Below, one piece after another: positions 8,473 to 16,742 of a stretch of DNA of 27,797 bases. Position 1 is the stretch's first letter; each line of letters opens with the position of its first letter. The notes under the pieces are model-generated. The model worked only from the letters and a program-made list of their open reading frames with translations. It did not search any database and was not told the origin of the DNA. Source of the stretch: Nitrospinales bacterium (lineage in GTDB: Bacteria; Nitrospinota; Nitrospinia; Nitrospinales; JAJDAT01); assembly GCA_046757665.1 (NCBI GenBank), contig JBHHYO010000036.1, positions 1 to 27,797 of the forward strand, given 5' to 3'. Position numbers and translations under genes: made by a program.

Positions 8473-9960
8473 TCAGTTTACGTTGCGTTTGAAAGCCAGG
8501 CCTTCCATCAGGATTTTGTCTTGAAGGGAAATTGCCGCGTTGTTGCCGCACTTCAGGTCATTCATCAAAATTGAAAACGCAAAACGTTCGCCGTCGTCGG
8601 ACTGAAAATAGCCGGAAAGAGAACTGACGTCGTTCAGGGTGCCCGTCTTGACCCGAAGGCGTTGCCCGTTGTTGGGCCGGTCGTTCATGCGTTCCTTGGC
8701 GGAGCCGTCCTGGCCCATGATCGCCAGAGATGCGATAAATTCCGGATAAATACCCATATCTTCATCCACATCCCGCAAAACACGGACAATATGATCCGGT
8801 GAAAGCCGGCTTTGCCGGGACAATCCCGATCCGTCCGCCAAGGTATATTCATCGGGAGAGAACCCCAGTGTTCGCATGTAACGGGTGATGACCTTGATCC
8901 CGTTGTCCGTGCTTCCCGGCGCGCCAAATTCCTTGGCCCCCAAGGTTTTCACCACTTGCTCGGCGACAAAATTGTTGCTGAACTTGTTGAGCCCCCGAAG
9001 GATCAGGGCAAGGGGTTCGGATTCATGGTGCACAAGAAGCTCGGCATCCTTGGGCAATGAGCCGGTTTTTATCTTCCCCGCCACTTCCACTCCAGCTTTC
9101 GACAGGAACTGTTTTAAAACCGTGGCCGTGTAGTAAGTAGGATCCGTGATATTCAGGAAATAACGGGACCGGCGGTTGTTGAGGGGGATACCTCCGGTCA
9201 AAAGAATTTCATTGAATCCGTTTCTGCCGAGACGGTTGACGATCAAGCGATTCCTTTTGTCCGCCCGCAGGGTTGTCGCCCGGTTGATTACCCGGATGTA
9301 GTCCGTATCGGGATCGACGACGACGATGGGTTTCGAGCCGACGCCGGGACCGGGCATGATGAATACCGTAACCGTATTGAAATTAAACGAGAGGGCTCCC
9401 AAAGGTGCGTTGAACGGTTGCGGGCCGAACTTTCTTTTCCATGTTTTCACGCGGCGAACCCGGTCGAAATAAGAATCATCGGCGATCAGACTGCCCGTCA
9501 CCTTCCGGACAGGCAGGTTTTTGAGCTGGTTGGCCAAAAGCCACATTTGTTCGGTAACCAGCTTGGGGTCGCCGAATCCCTTGAGGTAAAGATCACCGTG
9601 AAGAACCTTGTTTTTCACTTTTCCGGATGTCCATAATTCCGTTATGAACCGGTAATTCGGCCCCAGATACCTCATGGCCGTCGCGGTGGTGATCAACTTG
9701 AGGTTGGAGGCCGGGATGAACAATCGGTCGTTTTGGAATTGATAAAGGGTTTTCCTCTTGTCCAGAGAGTAAATTTGAATACCGAAATTGCCCTTTTTCA
9801 GGCAGGGGTGCTTCTGATATGCTTCGATTTTTTGCCGGAATCGGGCCACACTGTCTGCGTCAGGTCTCTGCTGGGGAAAACCCGAAGAGGGGAGAAGGAG
9901 ACAAACCGAAAGAAAAAAAAGTATGGATGGGGTTGTCAATTTGGTTGAGGAATAAAGCAC
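8473..9960 (-). CDS. dacB: D-alanyl-D-alanine carboxypeptidase/endopeptidase (PBP4, peptidase S13)
   Basis: PASNLK (SxxK), KFSNNFVAE (SxN), DGSGLSR, VKTGTL (KTG) and an N-terminal signal-like segment. Confidence 0.95.
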   Translation of the reverse strand: MLYSSTKLTTPSILFFLSVCLLLPSSGFPQQRPDADSVARFRQKIEAYQKHPCLKKGNFGIQIYSLDKRKTLYQFQNDRLFIPASNLKLITTATAMRYLGPNYRFITELWTSGKVKNKVLHGDLYLKGFGDPKLVTEQMWLLANQLKNLPVRKVTGSLIADDSYFDRVRRVKTWKRKFGPQPFNAPLGALSFNFNTVTVFIMPGPGVGSKPIVVVDPDTDYIRVINRATTLRADKRNRLIVNRLGRNGFNEILLTGGIPLNNRRSRYFLNITDPTYYTATVLKQFLSKAGVEVAGKIKTGSLPKDAELLVHHESEPLALILRGLNKFSNNFVAEQVVKTLGAKEFGAPGSTDNGIKVITRYMRTLGFSPDEYTLADGSGLSRQSRLSPDHIVRVLRDVDEDMGIYPEFIASLAIMGQDGSAKERMNDRPNNGQRLRVKTGTLNDVSSLSGYFQSDDGERFAFSILMNDLKCGNNAAISLQDKILMEGLAFKRNVN

Positions 9961-10113
9961 ACAAAAATTTTACAAATTCAAAGTGCGGATTTCAAGTCGA
10001 ACTGGCTTGGTATGAAAAGTTACTCCCAATGGCGGTTCCTGAAAAAATATGCTACGTTGACTTTTCTTCTCGGAAAGAAGAAGGATGAATCGATAACTTA
10101 AGGACCTTTTCAA

Positions 10114-11118
10114 ATGAATTACGATGTGATCGGAATCGGCAACGCGCTGGTGGATATCCAGGTTCAGGTTGGCGATGATTTTATTGAACAGTCGTCTCTT
10201 GCCAAGGGAGGGATGACCTTGTCCACCGCCGAGGAACAGGCGAAAATTCTGGATAAGCTGTCTCAGTTTTCCCATAAAGTTTCGTCGGGCGGGTCGGCGG
10301 CCAACAGCATTCACGGCATTGGAGTTTTGGGCGGCAAAACGTATTATCTGGGACGGGTGGCCAACGACCGGTACGGACGCCACTATACCGAGGATATGAA
10401 AGTTTGCGGAGTCGGCTTTCCGGGTTGCGGAGCGGAGACTTCCGGCACGGGCACTTCCGTTGTTTTGATCACTCCCGATTCCCAGCGCACCATGGTCACT
10501 CACCTGGGGATTTCGGCGTTATTGCACCCGGACAATGTGGACAAAACCCTTCTTCGCGGCGCCAGGATGGTTTACATCGAAGGCTATTTGTGGACGGAAA
10601 ACGAAACCCGCGCCGCGGCGCAAACGATGGCGGAGTATGCCAGGCAGGCGGGAATTCCGGTGGCGTTTACTCTCAGCGACGCTTTTGTCGCCAACGGGTT
10701 CAAGGAAAGTCTTATCGATTTTGTCCGCTGGAATGTCGATATTCTCTTTTGCAATGAAGCCGAGGGCCAGGCCCTGGTGGGCACGCCGGACAGCGGGTTT
10801 GCCTTTGTGGAATTGCAGAGCATGGCCGATACCGTTTTCATGACGCTCGGAAGCCAGGGCGCCCTTGTGGGGAGCCGGCCTGGAGACCCAATCCGCATCA
10901 AGGCATTTCCGGCAAAAGCCGTGGATACCACCGGCGCCGGCGATTTGTTCGCCGCGGGCGCTCTTTACGGGTTGCTACGCAAACACGATTTGGAGGAAGC
11001 CGCCATTATCGGCTCCTATTGCGCGGGGCAGGTGGTCACCCACCTGGGTGCGCGAATGCCCGTCCATTCCCATACTGATGTCCGGAAAATTCTGAGTAGT
11101 TACAAGGAGTTGGGGTAA
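10114..11118 (+). CDS. PfkB-family kinase, adenosine-kinase-like
   Basis: GIGNALVDI, GGSAANS, YIEGYLW, FCNEAE, DTTGAGDLFAAG. Confidence 0.92.
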   Translation: MNYDVIGIGNALVDIQVQVGDDFIEQSSLAKGGMTLSTAEEQAKILDKLSQFSHKVSSGGSAANSIHGIGVLGGKTYYLGRVANDRYGRHYTEDMKVCGVGFPGCGAETSGTGTSVVLITPDSQRTMVTHLGISALLHPDNVDKTLLRGARMVYIEGYLWTENETRAAAQTMAEYARQAGIPVAFTLSDAFVANGFKESLIDFVRWNVDILFCNEAEGQALVGTPDSGFAFVELQSMADTVFMTLGSQGALVGSRPGDPIRIKAFPAKAVDTTGAGDLFAAGALYGLLRKHDLEEAAIIGSYCAGQVVTHLGARMPVHSHTDVRKILSSYKELG

Positions 11119-11331
11119 AAAGACGTGGTGTCGAATTCTATCCGGATTCCATATCCTAAATTTTGATCCTGGGTGTATAATGGCAAAATGGTTTGCCGGT
11201 CGTCGTGCGGATTTTTGGCCGCCATGTCGTCCTGTCGTCGCCTGATCGATCAAACGTTGTGGAACCGATACAGCCCAGTCCTTTGGGTATGGCAGTTTTC
11301 ATATCCTATCGCTTTTTCAAGGAGGGAGAAA

Positions 11332-11640
11332 ATGAAACACTATTCGTTTTACCTTGCGGCGGCCTTGGGGGTTTTCCTCTTGATCGGTTGTGGAACGGTG
11401 GGAAAGGATTTTCCTAACTCGAAAGTGGTCAATATCAAGGCGAACGTCACAACCAAGTCTCAAATTCTGGAACAGTTCGGCCTGCCGTACAAGGAAGGCA
11501 AGCAAAACGGCTACACCACATGGACCTATCAAAAGGACACGTGGTCCGCCTTTGGCAAGGACTCCTCCAAGGACCTGGTTATCATGTTCGATAAAAACGG
11601 CGTGGTCAATGCCTACCGGTATACTTCCAGCGCTCCCTGA
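11332..11640 (+). CDS. Small lipoprotein, SmpA/OmlA/BamE-like
   Basis: GGAGGGAG RBS before ATG 11332. Lipobox LIGC, TTKSQILEQFGLP, WTY, LVIMFDKNGVV. Confidence 0.8.
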   Translation: MKHYSFYLAAALGVFLLIGCGTVGKDFPNSKVVNIKANVTTKSQILEQFGLPYKEGKQNGYTTWTYQKDTWSAFGKDSSKDLVIMFDKNGVVNAYRYTSSAP

Positions 11641-11698
11641 GGAAACGGAGCTTGTGAGCCGTTTGCTTCTCCGGCGTTGAATACAACGGGCGGCAGGA

Positions 11699-12337
11699 AT
11701 GAAAAAAATCGAGTTGTTCGTTTACGATTTCGACGGCACTTTAGTCAATACCAAGGACGACATTGCCTATTCCCTTAATCTGGTTTTCAGGGAACTGGGA
11801 CTTCCTCCCTTAAAACACGAAACTGTTTTTTTATACATTGGCGATGGTGTGGGAGCGCTCGTCTCACGTGCTCTCGAAGGGACCGGGTGCGACAATGTGC
11901 CCGAGGCCGTTCGTCTGTTCAAAAAATTTTACGAACAACATCTTACGAAGGACACTCGCCTTTATCCTCATTGCCGGGAGACCGTGGGTTTTTTCGTTCG
12001 CAAAAAACACGCTATTCTTTCCAACAAGCCCGAACGGTTTATAAAAAAAATCCTCGCCGAATTCGATTTTCTGCATCCCTTTGCTGGGATTGTCGGAGGG
12101 GACACTCTGGACGGCAGAAAACCGGACCCGCTGGGACTGCATTACCTGATGGCGTTGCACGAAACAACCGCCGACAAGGTGCTGATGGTTGGAGATATCG
12201 CTGTTGATATCGAAACCGGAAAGCGGGCTTGTGTGACCACCTGCGGGGTGACTTACGGGCTGGGCGGCCGTTCGGAGGTGGAAGAAGCGGATTATGTCAT
12301 CGACGATCTCTCCGAATTGAAAAAATACTTTCATTGA
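11699..12337 (+). CDS. HAD-IA phosphatase, Gph/MupP-like
   Basis: YDFDGTL (motif I), SNK (II), KPDP (III), VGDIAVD (IV). Confidence 0.9.
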   Translation: MKKIELFVYDFDGTLVNTKDDIAYSLNLVFRELGLPPLKHETVFLYIGDGVGALVSRALEGTGCDNVPEAVRLFKKFYEQHLTKDTRLYPHCRETVGFFVRKKHAILSNKPERFIKKILAEFDFLHPFAGIVGGDTLDGRKPDPLGLHYLMALHETTADKVLMVGDIAVDIETGKRACVTTCGVTYGLGGRSEVEEADYVIDDLSELKKYFH

Positions 12338-12544
12338 TTGACGGGGAAAAAATTACCGGCAAATCCCGAGGAAGAGAGGGATTCCTCGTTTTTCCCCGCC
12401 GCCTTGTGCGTCCGGTTTTCTCCTTTACCTTTGACGGTTTACCGTTTAACCTGACCCTTTCGCCTGTGCCGGGGAAATCCATAACTTGGCGAAATGGGAA
12501 ATCCGGCGTCAGCTTTTCATACTCCCCATAGTAAATTTGAGGTT

Positions 12545-13963
12545 ATGGCCCAGGTAAAGTCGATTTACATGATTGCTGTTTGCGGTACGGGGATGAGCGC
12601 TCTCGCCGGGCTTTTGAAGCAGGCAGGGTATGACGTTTCGGGTTCGGACAACAATATTTATCCTCCGGTCAGCGCCTTGCTGACGAATTATGGAATCGAA
12701 ATAAAGCCCGGATTCAAGAAGGAAAATCTGCGTCATCCTCCGGATTTGGTGGTTATCGGTAACGCCGTATCCAAAAATAATGAGGAAGTGCAAGCCGTTT
12801 TGGCCCGGGGGATTCCTTACGTTTCATTTCCGCAAGCCTTGAGCGATTTTTTTCTGAAAGGCAGAAAATCCCTGGTGATGGCGGGGACCCACGGCAAAAC
12901 GACCACGACCTCACTGCTCGGCTGGGTGCTCCATGCGGCAGGAAAAAATCCCGGCATTATGGCGGGCGGGTGGATGAAAAACTTCGATTCCAATTACCGT
13001 TTGCCGCGGGGTGACTATTTTGTTGTCGAAGGCGATGAATACGACACTGCCTTCTTCGACAAGGAGCCCAAGTTTTTGCACTACCAGCCGTATGCCGCCA
13101 TTCTGACGGGAATAGAATTTGATCATGCGGACATATTCCGGGACCTGGGCCACATCAAGGCGGCGTTTCGGAAGTTCGTCGGCATGGTACATCCCCGGGG
13201 ATTCGTCTTGGTTGAGGAATCCGATGCCAATGCGATAGAGGTGCTGGATCAGGCTCCATGCGTCGTGGAAACTTACGGATTTTCGGAGCGCGCGGATTGG
13301 CATATCGGGTCGTACCGTTTTGACTCGGATGCAGATGGGCCGCCCCGGGGAGCTTTCCACCTGGAATATAAAGGGCGGCCGGTAGGAAAGTTCACGGTTC
13401 CCATGATGGGCAGACACAACGCCAGAAATTGCGCCGCCGTGGCGGCCATGACCGTGAAACTCGGGTTGTTGCCAGAAGAAATCAATGACGCCTTAAAGCA
13501 ATTCCAGGGGATTAAAAGGCGTCAGGAAGTGGTTGGCGAAAAGAACGGCATCATCGTGATCGACGATTTTGCTCATCATCCCACGGCGATTCACCATACC
13601 CTGGAAGCCGTGAAAGAGGCGTTTCCGCAATGCCGGGTATGGGCTGTTTTTGAGCCGCGCTCCGCAACCTCCCGCCGGGCGGTTTTTCAAAAATCGTTTC
13701 CCGCCGGTTTTCGCCTGGCGGACCGAGTGGTGATTGCCAAGCTGTTTGCGCCGGAAAAAATCGAGGCCGGGGAGCGGCTCGATTTGCCCTTGCTTCTGGA
13801 AGACCTGCGCGTAATGGGCAAGGACGCCCACCTGATTCCCGAAGTCGGGGATATTGTCGATTTCCTTGTTGCCCAGTGCAAACCCGGGGACGTGGTGTTG
13901 ATCATGTCTTCCGGAGGATTCGGCGGAATTCACCGGCGGTTGTTGGACCAGTTGCCGTCGTAA
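12545..13963 (+). CDS. mpl: UDP-MurNAc:L-Ala-gamma-D-Glu-mDAP ligase (murein peptide ligase)
   Basis: CGTGMSALA, GSD.NIYPP, GTHGKTTT, EGDEYDTAFFDK, EFDHADIF, DDFAHHPTAI, FEPRS, MSSGGFGGIH. ATG 12545 follows GAGGT. Confidence 0.93.
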   Translation: MAQVKSIYMIAVCGTGMSALAGLLKQAGYDVSGSDNNIYPPVSALLTNYGIEIKPGFKKENLRHPPDLVVIGNAVSKNNEEVQAVLARGIPYVSFPQALSDFFLKGRKSLVMAGTHGKTTTTSLLGWVLHAAGKNPGIMAGGWMKNFDSNYRLPRGDYFVVEGDEYDTAFFDKEPKFLHYQPYAAILTGIEFDHADIFRDLGHIKAAFRKFVGMVHPRGFVLVEESDANAIEVLDQAPCVVETYGFSERADWHIGSYRFDSDADGPPRGAFHLEYKGRPVGKFTVPMMGRHNARNCAAVAAMTVKLGLLPEEINDALKQFQGIKRRQEVVGEKNGIIVIDDFAHHPTAIHHTLEAVKEAFPQCRVWAVFEPRSATSRRAVFQKSFPAGFRLADRVVIAKLFAPEKIEAGERLDLPLLLEDLRVMGKDAHLIPEVGDIVDFLVAQCKPGDVVLIMSSGGFGGIHRRLLDQLPS

Positions 13964-13996
13964 ACCCGGTTGGGGAAACAACCGAAGCGTTTCGAA

Positions 13997-15094
13997 ATGA
14001 AAAATTTTGGTCAGATAAAACTTGGATTGATGCAAACCGGGGTCTATATCCCCGCGGAAATACGCACCGCGAAGGAGGTGGCCGGCGGTTTGGCCGCCGG
14101 AAAAACACGGGAGGAAATTGTCCTGGCGTTTTGTGAGGATTTCTTCGTCAAAACGTTTTTAAACCAGGATGAAAACGGTCCCCGGGTTCAAATTCAGGGG
14201 GACGGCATTCGTCTTCTCTGGGGGGACGAGTCGGTGCCGGTTGAAATTATCCCGCCGCCGGTGTTCTTGCAAAACCGCCTGAAAAGGCGCGACCCCGTTT
14301 CCCACAATGTGGAACTGGATGCCAATTGCCTGAACCTCTTCCTGCGGGCCGCTAAAAAGTCCGGTGGTTTCAACCTGTCGCAGGCCGACATTATTGCGGT
14401 CATCCGCGCCGCTTTCGAGGAGGGGGTAGCCGATTTGGTTCAGTTGAATCTGGACCACTGTCGGGAAAAGGACGGCGGGTTTTCGCGCTTGAACCCCGTC
14501 ATCCGGGAAATCCGCAAAAAATTCACCACCTTCATTTCCCTGCGGTGCTTTCCGCCCATGGACAAGAGCGTCATCGATCAGGTTTATGCTTCGGGGATCG
14601 ATTTGCTGAATTATCCGCTCGAGGGTTTTTCCGGGCCGGAGGCGGCTTCTTCCCAGCAGGTGCTCAATGCTCTGCAATATGCCGTCGGCATCTTTCCTCC
14701 GGGGGCGGTTTCAACCGAGCTTTCGCCGACCCCGCTTTCGCGGTTGAAGGATAAAATCGATTTTTTGGCCGGAGAAGGCATTATCCCCCACATCAAACTG
14801 CGTTTTCCCAAGAGCAAGAAAGAGGATTTTGCCCGAATCGAAGAGGTTGCCCGCCACCTTTCGCAAGCCGCCCGGCGGGATAACCTGACTCTGAAATGGT
14901 TGTATCCCACCTGCGATTTTGTGACGCCGCTGGATGCCGCTTTTTTCACCGAAGCTCCGGAAACGGCGCGGTTGGCCGTGCGTCCTGTTTATCAATCCAG
15001 GCTGGGGAGAGTTGCTACCGAGGGATTCGCCGCGTTGAGAAGAAAACTGCGGGTTCGGCAAATCAGCGACTCGTTTGAATCGGCGGGATTGTAA
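13997..15094 (+). CDS. Radical-SAM-fold-like protein lacking the CxxxCxxC motif
   Basis: CFPPMDKSVIDQVYASGIDLLNYPLE, ALQYAVGIFPPGAVS and IDFLAGEGIIP resemble the TIM-barrel core of biotin-synthase-related radical SAM proteins. Five scattered Cys, no triad. Confidence 0.6.
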   Translation: MKNFGQIKLGLMQTGVYIPAEIRTAKEVAGGLAAGKTREEIVLAFCEDFFVKTFLNQDENGPRVQIQGDGIRLLWGDESVPVEIIPPPVFLQNRLKRRDPVSHNVELDANCLNLFLRAAKKSGGFNLSQADIIAVIRAAFEEGVADLVQLNLDHCREKDGGFSRLNPVIREIRKKFTTFISLRCFPPMDKSVIDQVYASGIDLLNYPLEGFSGPEAASSQQVLNALQYAVGIFPPGAVSTELSPTPLSRLKDKIDFLAGEGIIPHIKLRFPKSKKEDFARIEEVARHLSQAARRDNLTLKWLYPTCDFVTPLDAAFFTEAPETARLAVRPVYQSRLGRVATEGFAALRRKLRVRQISDSFESAGL

Positions 15095-15167
15095 CGAAAC
15101 GGGAAAACCAGACAAAAACGGCATTAAATTTTTGCCTTTTGCCCATTTCTCATGGTAGCTTGATTGC

Positions 15168-16067
15168 ATGAACAGCGTTGCTCAACTCTCACAAAAAAAT
15201 GATAGTCTCCGGGTTCCTCAAGTTCCATTAACCCGCCTGGAAACCCTTTGGCTACAAGTCGGGGGAACGCTTTGCAATTTGCAATGCACCCACTGCTTCA
15301 TCAGTTGCGGGCCGGAAAACCACAGCCACGCAATGATGAGCCTGCGGCAAGTAAGAGAATACCTTGAAGAGTCAAAAGAGCTGGGCGTCAAAGAGTATTA
15401 CATCACCGGCGGCGAAATTTTTATAAACCCGGAGATTTTTGAGATTATCGAGGCGATCCTTGAGTACGGGCCTCTCAATATGTTGACCAATGGAACGCTC
15501 ATTACTCCGGAAAAGGCCCAACGGTTGAAGGCATTGCAAGGTCGGGTTCGCAACCCCATGGTGTTCCGGGTGAGCATGGAGAATTTTGAGGAAGAGGAGA
15601 ACGACAAAATTCGCGGCAAAAATTCCTACCGGCGGGCGCTGGAGGGAATCAGAAACCTTGATGACGCCGGGTTCTCTCCCATTCTCACCATTACCCGCGC
15701 CTGGGATGAGGCCAGGGATGCCGAAATGGAAAGCCGGTTTTTGCGGTTCCTCGAGGCCAACAACGTCCCCCGGCCGCGGGTCAAGATATTGCCGCCCTTT
15801 TTGCTGGGCAGACAAGCCGAAAACGATCGTTCCTACCAGGCTGACGAGCATGTGACGGAAGCCTGTTTTGAAAATTACGACATCACCGACCTGCAATGTT
15901 CTTCCTGCCGCATGGCCACGGCAAAGGGAGTTTACGTCTGTCCCATCCTGGTGGACGAGCCTGTCGGCCGCATGGGCGATACGCTCCGGGATACGCTTGG
16001 TCCTTTTCCCCTGGCCCATTCCGCCTGCTACACCTGCCGCGTTACCGGCATGACCTGCAAGAGTTAA
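15168..16067 (+). CDS. Radical SAM protein, ArsS/PqqE-like, substrate unknown
   Basis: LCNLQCTHC, ITGGE, MLTNGT, and C-terminal Cys cluster CSSCRM...CPIL...CYTC....TC. Confidence 0.92.
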   Translation: MNSVAQLSQKNDSLRVPQVPLTRLETLWLQVGGTLCNLQCTHCFISCGPENHSHAMMSLRQVREYLEESKELGVKEYYITGGEIFINPEIFEIIEAILEYGPLNMLTNGTLITPEKAQRLKALQGRVRNPMVFRVSMENFEEEENDKIRGKNSYRRALEGIRNLDDAGFSPILTITRAWDEARDAEMESRFLRFLEANNVPRPRVKILPPFLLGRQAENDRSYQADEHVTEACFENYDITDLQCSSCRMATAKGVYVCPILVDEPVGRMGDTLRDTLGPFPLAHSACYTCRVTGMTCKS

Positions 16068-16169
16068 ACAACGTTCTGTCCGGTTGCTACATTCTATGTT
16101 TGAATCCCCGATTCTATGGTAGCATGGGCGGAATTAACCCGATGACATCTTCTTCAAGAGCTTGCGAAC

Positions 16170-16718
16170 ATGGCGCTTCTTTACTCTACGATGGTTCCGC
16201 TGGGCTCGGTGGCAAAAGATTTTAACCTTCCCGGAACGGATGGCGCTCGCTATTCCTTGAAAAGTTTCGAGGATAAAAAGGTTCTGGTGGTTGTTTTCAT
16301 GTGCAACCACTGTCCCTACGTCCAGGCGGTTTTGGGCCGGCTTATCGACTTGCAAAATGCGACCCGGGACCGCGGTGTGCGGTTTGTCGGCATCAATCCC
16401 AACGACGCCGTTCGGTATCCGGACGACTCCATGGAAAACATGAAAAAAATCGTAGCGGAAAAAAACTTTTCTTTCCCTTATCTGTTTGATGAAAGCCAGG
16501 AAACGGCCAAGGCTTATGGCGCCGTTTGCACCCCGGATATTTTTGTCTATGGGGAAGATAGAACCCTGCTTTACCGGGGACGTATTGACGACAACTGGCA
16601 GGATGCCGACAAGGTGACTCAAAGAGACTTGCAGGCGGCCATCGACCTTATTCTTTCCGGCAAAGAGGTTCCCGGCGAACAAATCCCGTCCATGGGTTGT
16701 TCCATTAAATGGAAGTAG
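16170..16718 (+). CDS. Thioredoxin-fold AhpC/TSA-like redoxin
   Basis: FMCNHCPYV, YPDDS, FPYLFDESQ, CTPD, YRGRIDD, PSMGCSIKW. Confidence 0.92.
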   Translation: MALLYSTMVPLGSVAKDFNLPGTDGARYSLKSFEDKKVLVVVFMCNHCPYVQAVLGRLIDLQNATRDRGVRFVGINPNDAVRYPDDSMENMKKIVAEKNFSFPYLFDESQETAKAYGAVCTPDIFVYGEDRTLLYRGRIDDNWQDADKVTQRDLQAAIDLILSGKEVPGEQIPSMGCSIKWK

Positions 16719-16742
16719 GACATCTCGAAAGGACCCTCCCTC

